Of a stretch of DNA of 64,000 bases, positions 40,532 to 52,058 are shown piece after piece. Below the pieces are notes generated by a model that was given only the letters and a program-made list of their open reading frames with translations, was not told the DNA's origin and did not search any database. The stretch is taken from positions 62,001 to 126,000 of the forward strand of contig NIVC01001737.1 in assembly GCA_002269645.1 (NCBI GenBank), given 5' to 3'. The DNA comes from Macrostomum lignano (taxonomy: Eukaryota). Both the position numbers and the translations under genes were made by a program. Numbering within the stretch: position 1 is the stretch's first letter; each line of letters begins with the position of its first letter.

Positions 40532-43500
40532 ATGTCTTGCCCCCAAGGATATGACAAAGCTACTATCTTTATAAAGCCAATTGCTCATGATGCCACGTAA
40601 GTTTTCAAAGTCATATCTGATGTATTATACTTTTTTAACCTAATTAACTTATAAATATTGATTCTTTTGATCACATTGCAAGCTTAATAATTATTTATAC
40701 TTAATGCAATTTTAGTTACTTATTTATATAGGTTATTTTATAGTTTAAACCTAGATATTAGGCTATGCAATGATATATACAAGCCACAAAGTTGTTCTCC
40801 TAATTGCTTAGACTAAAAGGATAATAAAGGTCTATGATACAGCAGCCACTAGGCTGAGTACCACTTTCTGTTCTATCTTTTATTGGCCTTTGACCCAGAC
40901 TAAACAATCATCCATTGTGTCATCCCAAAATTGAAAATCCTAGTTATATCACTGATGTGTTCTATATTATTATTTGAGCCTATTAAGCCTATTGAAATAA
41001 ATTTAAATCCTAATAAGTTCATAGTTTTGATTTTGCTTTGCTTGCTAAACTATTATTTCTTATATTATTATTGATTATTTCAATGAAAGCTAGGCCTATT
41101 ATTTATAAATTATCAAAGCTTTGTGTTTTAATATAAAATTATTAAATAATATTTTTGACCCTATTAATATTGCACACCATTTTTTCTTTAAAATATTTTC
41201 ATTAAATAATATACATTGACTAAGTAAAAGTTGATAGAATATGATATTGTAGTAATGTATAAAATGTTTAAAAAAGTAGTATGAAGACGCACATGTCTTT
41301 TTGCCACCAGTGAACGGGCTTCTTTTTAGATGTGGGTCTTCATACTACTTGATAAACCTAGTTTTGTACCGATAAAAAAGAACTGAGAATCTCAAGAAAA
41401 ATTTAAATCTTTACTTATCCTATTTTTCTCTGTCTGTTCTGTTTTTCTCCTTTCTAATCTCTCTCTAGTCTCCCCTCTCCTCGCTTTTCTCTCACCGTGC
41501 CTTATCTTTATCTCTTATCTTCTCTTTTCTCTTCTTCATCTATTCTTTTTTATTTCCTCTCTTATCTGGCCCGCAACCATGAACTGGAATCTTCTACAAT
41601 AGGCCCTCCTCGATCTAAAAAAATTGTCTAAAGTCTCTAGAGCGTAGCAGGGTTATACAACTCCATTTTAGCTGGTTGTTTCGGCAGAAGATCCTCTAGC
41701 TTCAGCTTAAGTGCTTGGAAAGCCAGGCCAGTCTTGTGGGACCTAATACTCATACTGACTGATACTATCAATCAGATAGTTCACTAAACTGACATAAGAT
41801 ACCTTCCGTAAGCCTCTTCTTCAACGGGGTTGCAAAGAAAGCTATAAATAAAGTTATTCCAAAACACTATACATACCTACTTAATAAGCCACGTATCGCC
41901 TGACCTTTTAGCCTGGGGGATGTACACGTAGTGACTTGGAGCTTGCCACCGGCCAAACTTTGTACTGGGCTTGCAATTCAAATGTGCCAGTTAAAGAGCT
42001 AAATTTAATACAAAATTCTAATCACGTGATGCTCGTTTATTGATCTAATTTTCCTTGGTCTGTGCGTGAGTCGCATGAAGCTCTTATTACATGCCCTCCA
42101 AACCAAGCCGCCAAGCCCTCTCGCGTTGCCACAACCCCACTTGGAAGGGACGGGTGTGTACATTATATGTACGAATATTCCTTCCTTTCCTTTCCTTTCC
42201 TTTCCTTTCCTTTCCTTTCTAACCAGCTTAACTTAGCCTAACGCCAAAGCTATGCAATGCAAGCAATCGCATGCAAATGCAGATTATGCAAATGCAGCTT
42301 AATGTGATGAATTTCGATGCAAAAAGGCATTTTTTACATGAAAAAAACATTGAATTGTTATGAAATTCAAGAAATTTGTTAAATTAACTAGATATAGAAC
42401 ACTGTGCATTGGTTTCAGTGCAAAATTCCTACCATTTCCAGTTTAAATACCTGTTAGTCCTGTTAGACCTGTTAGTACTAAATTCCAGTTAGTTAAAGAA
42501 CTAACATAAAAGTAAAAAGTCTAGTTTTCAGTTTTTTATCGATAATTTTTTACCCAATGAACTGAATCTCTAGAAATTGCACACAAATATGCCTCGTTAT
42601 GTGGGAAATCAGGTGTCATTAAAATATTGCCATCCTATTGCGTTTTTTGCCTGATTTCAAGCAAAATATTAAAAAATCACTACTCTGATCGATTTCTAAT
42701 CACTTTTGACACATGAGCACTTGTTGCAGACACTCAAAAACTTGGTCAATTTTAGCCAGACATTAGTACAACTCGTTGCAGTATCCGCATTTGATCTACC
42801 ATTGTTTTAAAAATTTAATCACCCATTTTTCTGGCACCCAATCAGCCAAAAATCACAAATTATCGATTTCTGATCAATTTTTCAACCCGAAAGCAGCAAA
42901 ATCAGACGGCGGCAATTTAAACCAATATAGTACAGCAACTATGCTATAGAAATTTGAAATCGGCTTATTCGCACCATGCTCTCAAAATTATAATGAGCAA
43001 TAATGCGAAAGTCGTGATTTTTTTAAAAATCGATTTTTGTCAATTTTCTCAGCACTGCACAATTGTAGGGAAACAAAACTCTAGACACTTGTAGATTTTT
43101 GCATTGCGCATCCAACTGCACTGCTTTGAAGCCTAAACTCAAAAAGCTTTGTAGGAAAAATTGGCAAATAATAAAATAAAGGTCATTTTTTTACCCAAAA
43201 AAACTATCAAAACTGCATAAAGATGCCGAAATAAATTAAAGTGCCATACACCATTTTGTAGGAAATTTAGTTTTACAACTTTGATCCTTAGATGTCGAAG
43301 CCGTATCTCGTAAGGTGTACCAGAATTTTGAGATCTCCCAGAAGCACTTTTGAAAAAATCATCTTTCCACTTAATTTATGGCTTAGTAATAAAATCTCTG
43401 CACTTAAAAGTATATTCATTTGATAGATTTAAAAGTTTTCTATCGATTGACACCTCACTCAACTCAATTGGTGCAGTGGTTGCAAAACAGGAGCATTTTT

Positions 43501-46500
43501 GGCGAAAAAACGTGAAATTTAAAAATGCATGGGAGTCTAACTTATTTACTCGCCCTCGGCCCCTAGTGGGGCCTCAGGTTCTCTCGCTCTCGCCCGACGC
43601 CGCCTTCGGCGGCACCAGGCTTGGCTCGTTCACTGGTGGAACTAGAAGTATTATATTTATTAAGAGTTATAGAAAGATATTCTAGTTCCTAAAAACCATT
43701 CTCTTTTAAACTGTATTTTGGGATAAGAGCCAAAGATTCTAGATAATAAAAGCTTAAACTTATTAAAACTTCAAATATATGGCTAGTATGAGCTGCCTAT
43801 TGTAATTTGGTCAGTTTTTATCATTGATGGGTGAAAGCATATCTAGATACAATGGTTTTTTATGAAATGATACTCACTATTGCTATCAAACAAGATTTAA
43901 TTTGCATCAAATCTAGTATATTTAAGCAGTTTTCCACTAGGCATGGATTGAGAAAATTTTTGAGAGAGAAAGCAAGCTATACTAAGCACTATTGGAAAAT
44001 AGGATTGGCATAGTTGCAAACCAAAATAGTATAGCCTATTTTTTGGCCACAGCCTGCTAGTTGTCTGCTAGTTGTAAAAGTTATAGCTAATCAAATGATA
44101 TCTCTATTTGTGTGATGCAAAATATATTGCTATGCCATGAATATGAAAATAAAATTTGTTAATTCTGTTTAGTATTTTTATTTAAAATATAACTCTACTT
44201 TTTATATTTAAAAAAATTGAATATTTAATTTGATTGATTATTCTAAAGTAAAAAATGTAACATAGATGCTATTCAATCTAATATTTTTGTACCTTTTTAC
44301 TAAAGTTACCTAATAAAACTTCACTTGCATTTTAGTGTGGAAGAGCTACAACTCTACTATGAACAATTTGGAGACATTCTTTCAGTAAATATACCAGCAG
44401 ATCGACTGACTCAACAATTCAAGGGCTATGCATTCATTGAATATCCTTTTGTTAAAATTTTATTTGATACACCATTTGATAATTCTTAAAAATAACGCTA
44501 AACCACATTTTTATTACTGAATGAGTTGGCATTCATCCCCCCTGATTCTTTTGGTCTGGCAGTGTCAGTCATGCTTCAAAATTCTTGTATTAAACTTGAA
44601 GCAGGGGCGTCGCCATGGATTTTATGGGGGTACAAAGCCAAGAATTCAACATGTACATATACATGACTAAATTCCTACATTTCCATTATTTTGAGGATCG
44701 TGTTGTTAGCACTCATCTTAGCGCCGCAGCCATTCCTTTTAGCGCCGCAGGCACTCATTTTGGCGCCGCAGGCACTCATTTTAGAGCCGCAGGCACTCAT
44801 TTTAGAGCCGCAGGCACTCATTTTAGAGCCGCAGGCACTGATTTTGGCGCCGCAGCCATACCCTTTTTAGCGGCGCACTCATTTTAGAGCCGCAGGCACT
44901 CATTTTGGCGCCGCAGGCACTCATTTTGGCGCCGCAGCCATACCCTTTTTAGCGGCGCACTCATTTTAGAGCCGCAGGCACTCATTTTGGCGCCGCAGGC
45001 ACTCATTTTGGCGCCGCAGCCACTCATTTTGGCGCCGCAGCCATACCCTTTTTAGCGGCGCACTCATTTTAGAGCCGCAGGCACTCATTTTGGCGCCGCA
45101 GCCATACCCTTTTTAGCGGCGCACTCATTTTAGAGCCGCAGGCACTCATTTTGGCGCCGCAGCCATACCCTTTTTAGCGGCGCACTCATTTTAGAGCCGC
45201 AGGCACTCATTTTGGCGCCGCAGCCATACCCTTTTTAGCGGCGCACTTATTTTAGAGCCGCAGGCACTCATTTTGGCGTCGCAGGCACTCATTTTGGCGC
45301 CCTGAAGAAAAACTATTGATTACCACGACTAATAAAGGTGGGGTGGGGAGGACAAAGCATTGACATGTCCTCCCAATAGCTTTTACTGTGGGACATGTCC
45401 CCCCCCCCCGGTGGCGACGCGCCTGACTTGAACCATTATTTCCCCTATTACAAGGTTAAGCATTTTTAATTTCAAATCATCTGTCTGTCATCATTTCAAA
45501 TTTCTTGACACATCGGACCACTATAGGAATAGCCAGACTGCTATATGATTGAAATTTTTCTTGCCTTGTTTTCTATTGAATTTAGTTTCCTTAACCATTG
45601 AGCCTTAAAACGCATCAATTATGGCCACCCAATCAATCTGCTGTCATCTCATATGTGCTTCTTGGCTGTCTGTCTGTACATTTCTTCACCCCGACGATGC
45701 CGCAACTGCTAGAGATCGCACCAACGGATCGATTCTGTTAGGCCACAATGTTACAGTGGAGATCGCCGAAGGACCCAGAAAAAGTGAGTCTGTCAAGTTT
45801 TATGACTTCTGATTCCGTATTTTTGAATTTTTGAGTCATCACGCGAAGTTGTATGCAATATTTTACTGTTAACATCAGACTGCACACAAGCAATAAGGTT
45901 TAAGCTGTTTCAACTTATTTTCCAGCAACCCAAACATGTCGTTCAGTGCCGCAGTGCTTTATCACAGTGTAAAACCAGTGTAAAATTACAGCGCAGTCAG
46001 TTTGATCAGCGGTAAATCAGCTCCATGAATTGCATCCTTGAGCGCATGGATTTCGCAGTCACAGAAAGCATTGGATTGTCTTATGAATTATGAGTTGATA
46101 CTGCATGCTCTCTCTTTCTGATAAGGGAGCTGGTGCACTTTAATAGTGCTTGACTCAGAAAATCAGAAACTTCATGGTTACAGTTCAGCAATTTTCTCAT
46201 CAGTTTCCGAAGGTGACATGCAGAGTTTAAAACGCAGAACGTAGTGCGTCCTGTACAGAAATTTGCAGTCGTGCAGTTTGCCCCATGTGCATTCGTAATC
46301 ATGAAGGGTTCTTCTTGAATGCTAAACAATGTAAGCGATTCGATTATATCTGAATTTTTTACTTTCATATTTTTAGAACATTACGCTTTTAGTCTTTATT
46401 TAATCGGTCTTTTTGTTTTTGATAGATTTGCTATGGCTTAGGAGGGGGCCATCACAAGCTCGAAAAATCACATCGTTGAAAAGCATCCACCATCACAAGC

Positions 46501-48052
46501 TCGAAAAGTCATATGCTCGAAAAATCACATCGTCGAAAAGTTTAGCAACCACCATGATAAACTCGAAAAGTCATATGCTCGAAAAATCACATCGCCGAAA
46601 AGTTTAGCAACCACCATCATAAGCTCGAAAAGTCATATGCTCGAAAAATCACATCGCCGAAAAGTTTAGCAACCACCATCATAAGCTCGAAAAGTCATAT
46701 GCTCGAAAAATCACATCGCCGAAAAGTTTAGCAACCACCATCATAAGCTCGAAAAGTCATATGCTCGAAAAATCACATCGCCGAAAAGTTTAGCAACCAC
46801 CATCATAAGCTCGAAAAGTCATATGCTCGAAAAATCACATCGCCGAAAAGTTTAGCAACCACCATCATAAGCTCGAAAAATCACAAGCTCGAAAACTCAC
46901 ATCGTCGAAAACTGATTTAGCATCCTCCATCACAAGCTCGAAAAGAGTTAGGGTTAGTGCTTGTGCCTTAGGGTTCAGGGTTAGGTTAGAGTTGGTGCCT
47001 TGGGGTTAGTGTTAGAGCTAGAGATTGTGGTTGCTAAATCAGTTTTCGACGATATGACTTTTCGAGTTTGTGATGGTGGTTGCTAAACTTTTCGACATTG
47101 TGATTTTTCGAGCTTATGATGGCGACCCGCGTGGGAAGAGTCCCAATATCTTCGGAATAGCAAACGGGATTTAGATCAACTATATTGCTCTAGATTTAAT
47201 TTTAAAGCTAATTGATTTAGTTTTAAAGCTAATTGGATTATTCTAAACTGACACTGACAGTTTCGTGTAAACTTGAAGCTTGTGTTTCCCATACTTACTC
47301 CCATTCCCATCTTACGTACAGTTGTATACTGCTGTTCCCCTCAAGGGAGAGTATTCAGCTGCCTGCAGGAAGGAATGTATATACATTACTAGTGCTCCCA
47401 CAGTAGTACCCTTTAAAGGTGTTATGTCGTAGTTTCTCACGCACCAGGGCCCTTGAACGAAGGTATTTACAGACTCTTCATTGAAGGTATTCGTAGTTGC
47501 GCCCACGGCAAAACCCATCTACAAGCTTTACATGCTAATAAAAACAGGTGACTTTTTAATATAGAAAGCATGCTTCAAGGTCGTGTCCAAATGCCTGCAA
47601 TTAAACTGCAACATCCGAACAAATCTAAAACAGCGCCAGCTGAAATGCAGCACCGAAAAGATGTTCGACGCCGATTTCAAAGTAGTCGCGACTATCGCGG
47701 CCGTTCGGATAGAAGCTATCATCAGCATCGGTCTTCGTTTGGCAATGCCGGCAGGCATCCCCGAGACCAATACAGATCATCTGAGCAGGCGCATCGCCGA
47801 CCGCAATTTGAGCGGTCGCGTTCTCGTAGACGCGAGTTCGTACCCACGAGGAGACGACACATTGAGCCAATTATTCGTGTGAGTCCGTCCACTTCGCCAT
47901 CTGTGGACGGTTCTCAGTCTCATAAGCGATCGGTGTCCAGGTCGATGTCTAGGTCTAGGTCTAGATCAAGGTTTGGACGCAAATTCGAACGAGATTTGCG
48001 CTCGATCGAACGGTCGCGATCTAATTCACCGTCGAGACTGGAGTCTCGTTAG
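40532..48052 (+). CDS. SRSF10: SRSF10/SRSF12-like SR protein (one RRM + RS domain), 4 exons, 230 aa
   Basis: Exons 40532-40596 (65 nt, AC|GTAAGT), 44336-44440 (105 nt), 45680-45783 (104 nt, A|GTGAGT), 47634-48052 (419 nt), total 693 nt. Protein MSCPQGYDKATIFIKPIAHDAT|VEELQLYYEQFGDILSVNIPADRLTQQFKGYAFIE|FLHPDDAATARDRTNGSILLGHNVTVEIAEGPRKT|PAEM... aligns without gaps to the SRSF10 RRM as I recall it (..RGFAYVQFEDVRDAEDA..IQFAQGDRKTPNQM). C-terminal RSRSRSR tracts. Confidence 0.88.
41274..41350. other. 77-nt stem-loop in intron 1 of the SRSF10-like gene
   Basis: AAGTAGTATGAAGACGCACAT (41274-41294) pairs with ATGTGGGTCTTCATACTACTT (41330-41350) with one mismatch. Confidence 0.6.
42178..42222. 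repeat. (TTTCC)n microsatellite
   Basis: About 8 direct units. Confidence 0.9.
43938..44060. mobile_element. Decayed copy of the 24139 MITE
   Basis: Shares AGAAAATTTTTGAG..GCAAGCTA.AC.AAGCACTA..TTGGAAAATAG..CATAGTT with 24139-24318, with many C>T/G>A changes. Confidence 0.65.
44441..45679 (+). other. U12-type (minor spliceosome) AT-AC intron 2 of the SRSF10-like gene
   Basis: 5' splice site ATATCCTTTT at 44441; branch-site consensus TTCCTTAAC at 45587-45595; terminal AC at 45678-45679 restores the RRM reading frame (GA|A = Glu). Confidence 0.88.
44602..45425. mobile_element. hAT-like MITE (CAGGGGCGTCGCCA family) with an expanded ~21-bp minisatellite, inside the U12 intron
   Basis: Same family as 13580-13924; flanks ACTTGAAG (44594-44601) and ACTTGAAC (45426-45433); GCAGGCACTCATTTTGGCGCC-type units at ~44720-45300. 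Confidence 0.8.
46444..47128. mobile_element. Foldback-type MITE with a 62-bp tandem array in the left arm (intron 3 of the SRSF10-like gene)
   Basis: Left end GGGGGCCATCACAAGCTCGAAAAATCACA; right end revcomp GGGTCGCCATCATAAGCTCGAAAAATCACA; 62-bp period (46611, 46673...); GGGTTAG-rich spacer at 46945-47015. Confidence 0.75.
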
Positions 48053-49039
48053 GATTCTTAATACAGTAGAAGTTTCTGAATTGTTATTCGTTTGATATTT
48101 TCTGCCAAATAGACAATACCAGAAATTATCCAAGCTATCATTTTATGGTTTTTCCCACTCGATGCTTTGTATTTCGCCAAATATTTATTGATTTTTTGTC
48201 AGTTACAGAGTAATTCATTGAGGTACTATTGACATATTATATCCAGGTGTGACGGCTCACGGTGTGCTGGCTTATTTAAATGTTTCCGATCTACTTGCCT
48301 TCTGTGTGCTTAATGGAAATCAGTGCATACTAATTATTATATAAAAATTAAAATAGAATTTCAGCGTTTGCATTTTAATTTCGCTCAGTAAGGCTTTTAG
48401 TAACCTGTTTGCCAATATTCAATTATACAAACATTCTGACTTCAAGACTGCTGAAATTACTCTATTATGGTGCATTACTAATGTGTGCTACTCAAAGTAG
48501 ACTATAAGACGTCTTATTTGTGTTTCCTTTTAAAGGAAGTATTTCTGAAATCTTAGTACTAAACCCAAAAGTTATTGATGGTACACACTTAGTGACCTTA
48601 TTGTTACATTCGACGTTTGCTTTTTGCTATTCATCCTTGTGTGCTATATTCAAGTTTTTCATTTTTTTCTGCCTTTAACTACCTTATTTTTGCCGTGTTA
48701 TTAAGCTGTGCTTTTTCCCCTCAATATTCAAGAGTTTCGTTTATTCCGTTGTTATTTATATTTTCTTGTGTGATCAATTGTTATCGATTTTTGAAATCGA
48801 TTTGAAATAGAGCGTAGGCACTAACTGATTGCGTTGCCTTGACCTTGAGCATGTGTTTATACTAGTTTTCCTTTGCAGTATGCATTAAAACATTTAATTA
48901 TCGCTTGGTCTTCCCATTTAAGAGTGCAGTGAATTAGGAGTCTTATGAAACTTTTGGACAGCACTACCTGAAGCTCTGCATTACACCACCTACTACATTT
49001 GATAGGCTGCTGATTTTACCAGTCGCTACATTTTAAAGG

Positions 49040-49400
49040 CTACTGGACTACATTATACCATTTGCTACATGTACATTTGAAAGGCTGCTGCATTACACCA
49101 GTTGCTACATTTGAAAGGCTGCTGCATTACACCAGTTGCTACATTTAAAAGGCTGCATTACACCAGTTGCTACACTTGAAAGGCTGCATTACACCAGTTG
49201 CTACATCTGAAAGGCTGCATTACACCAGTTGCTACATTTGAACGGCTGCTGCATTACACCAGTTGCTACATCTGAAAGGCTGCATTACACCAGTTGCTAC
49301 ATCTGAAAGGCTGCATTACACCAGTTGCTACATCTGAAAGGCTGCATTACACCAGTTGCTACATTTGAAATGCTGCATTACACCAGTTGCTACATTTGAA
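49040..49400. repeat. 30-33-bp minisatellite (TTACACCAGTTGCTACATTTGAAAGGCTGCA)
   Basis: About 11 direct units. Confidence 0.9.
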
Positions 49401-50274
49401 ATGCCAATGCAGCTAATATAAGCGAGAGCTTTATTTGATGGTCAAGGTCACGAGTGCGCGTATGCTGCATATACATAAATTTCGTCAGTTGCTACATTTA
49501 ACAGCCTACTTAATGCATTTCACCGCTTGCTTGTTTGATAACCTTGAGTTCACCTAGATAGCTTCATTCTAGATCTAAATGTATTCATTATATACTGCAG
49601 CTGCATGTAACACATGTAACACATGTGATACATGTAACACAAACGAGCCGTACATGTACAAGGCTATAAATTAACTTACATGTTGCACGAAGTGTAGTAG
49701 TGTATATAGAGAAGTCTATAATTGGCGATTTAGATAAGATATGACAATCGTGCATACAGGCATGCTGCATACAGTTAAAATGCTTGTCAACAGTATTACA
49801 ATATAATGTTGCATGTACACGCTCGGAATTAGCTAAAATGCTTGTCTAAAGCTTACTTTATTAGCTGTGCACAACTTAATTGTAAAATGCGTCCACGTGT
49901 ACGCGTACATATTAATTATTTCTACGCATACATATGTACATGTCGATTACGAGCTGAGTTTACATACATCGATCAGTTTCTTAGTTTTATTATATGTGCT
50001 TTTCTTTCGTTTCGTACGCCCGTATATGTACGTGCACTACTTAACAGAATAGAGTGGAGATCGCTGCTGCGGCACTTACAGAAAAACTCCTTTCTTATTC
50101 AAAATTAGGCTATAAGTAGTGCTCGACCTTTATTTCGGTAAAATTAGGTAGAATATACTTATTTTTCTATATTTATATGCTAAAATTATTATTTTAACTT
50201 TCTTGCAGGCGCAGTGCAGGTACATGTACATATATGCGCTGATTAACATGAATACCAACGGCCATTTTCCGCCC

Positions 50275-51378
50275 GTAGAACTACCAAGAGGAAGAATGTC
50301 TCCACCCCTCATGTTAATTTCTTGCTGCGCCAGAACGGAGCAACACAGGCACACGATCAAGTTAATTGAACACGGCGAACTTTTTTGCACACTCTCAATT
50401 AGTCTCAAACAAGAATCAAGTTGCCAGCCTTCCGGACCGTCGGGATATTCGATGATTCTGCCCGCCAGAATTTGTCTATAAGCGCTGGTGTGTTCAGTAC
50501 ACCCCTGTGCGCCAATCAGCACTGCGCCTCAGTGCAGCCTTGCCAAGTCTCCAAATTTCATCAGCGCGTCGATCACATGTGTCTGTCTCTCAAGCATTAA
50601 GTCATCGCCCCGACGCCGTCGGCACCTTCAGGCACCAGGTGACTATGGGCATCCTGTTGGAACTATGTCAGATTTTTCTTATCAAGCTTCAATAATGAGC
50701 AAACCTCAACTGGCGGACATCCTCAGCTAGTCTTTCAAACATTCAGTCATCACCCGGATGCCGTCGGCGACTTCAACCGATTACACCAGGTGACTATGAG
50801 CACCATGATGCCAATTTCCAGAGTTTCGCTGATCAAACCTCGACAGTGCGCATAGTCATGTTTTTGTCTCCTTGAGGGTGCCGACGGCGTCGGGGTGATG
50901 ACTTGATGCTTGAGAGACTAGCTGAGGATGTCCGGCAGTCGAGGTTTGCCCACTGCCCGAGGCTTGATTAGCGAAACTTGAGAAATTCGCATCAGGGTGT
51001 CCATATAGTCACCTGGTGTCGCCTGTTGAAGGCCCAGAAGCTCCGCCTGGGTAAAGGTCAGTGATCAACGAAGTCAGCTGTTGCAGACACATGTGATCGA
51101 CGCGCTGATGAAATTTGGAGGCTTGGCAAGGCTGCACTGAGGCGCAGTAGTACTGATTGGCGCACAGGGGTGTACTGAACACACTAGCGCTTATATAGCC
51201 AAATTCTGGCGAGCAGAATCGTCGAATATCTCGACGGTCCGGAAGGCTGGCGACTTGATTCTTAATTGAGAAGGTGCGCAATAAAAAGTTCGCTGTGTTC
51301 TTGAATTTCGTGTGTCTGCGTTGCTCCATTAAGACGCAGCAAAAAATTGTCAGGGGATTCCCCCCTTCGTAGTTCTAC
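50275..51378. repeat. ~1.1-kb imperfect palindrome with internal ~150-bp duplicated units
   Basis: Arms ~50275-50585 and ~51084-51378 are reverse complements (e.g. GTGTTCAGTACACCCCTGTGCGCCAATCAG / CTGATTGGCGCACAGGGGTGTACTGAACAC); the interior holds direct and inverted copies of one unit. Confidence 0.8.
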
Positions 51379-52058
51379 TGTTAGCTCGTAAGGAGTCGCC
51401 AATGCAGTCAAGGAGCGTCGGGAACAGAGGGGAACTCGATGTCTTCATCCAATTCAAGCCAATTCACCGTAAATTCAAGTCATTGGTTGGACTCTCTGCG
51501 CTAATTAATTGCATAATACACAGTTCTCGATTCGCTGATCATGTTTCCTCGCGCACGGTGCGACGGCTGACTTGATTTGTAAATACCGGAAGTTCTCAAG
51601 CTATATAATGTAGAATAGAGCTTATACAAATAGTATAAGACTTTGTCTGCCTGTTTATAATTCGACCCGATGAACACACTGCAGGCTATACAGCAGACGC
51701 GCCAGTTCACGTGACGATATGCAGATTAGGTGCTGAAACTGCACGTGACAATTGGACTCTGTATTGCTCGTTCGCGTGCAGTCACAATATACTAAATCTC
51801 TAATATTGTCTAAGTTGTTTATATGCATAATTCTTGCCCTTGCCCAGCTGGTTGGGCGTTTCTAATTCACAGCAAGGGTGGCGCGTGCCCATGCAGTTGC
51901 CAGCTGATTTTTACGCCCCCACGATGGCACCGCGATATTGTACCGGTCCCGATGTGAGCCCCTGTTAGTACTGGCCCCTAGAGACGCTGACCTCCAATAA
52001 AAATTTTCTACATTGTAATCAGGATTTCATAATATTACCAATTCTACAATGAAAAATC

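Noticed and set aside
45990-46370. Protein-like minus-strand fragment in intron 3 of the SRSF10-like gene
   Set aside because: Multiple stops, no consistent splice sites and no recognisable motif.
46945-47015. TTAGGG-like repeats as an interstitial telomere
   Set aside because: Degenerate, short and confined to the spacer of a MITE.
47570-47633. Start of ORF 47570-48052 as an independent gene
   Set aside because: The first 64 nt are intronic; the CAG acceptor at 47631-47633 joins in phase to exon 3 (GPRK-T-PAEM).
50470-51200. Convergent TATA+Inr promoters in the palindrome arms
   Set aside because: The TATA-to-TCAGT spacing (~20 nt) is too short for a canonical core promoter.
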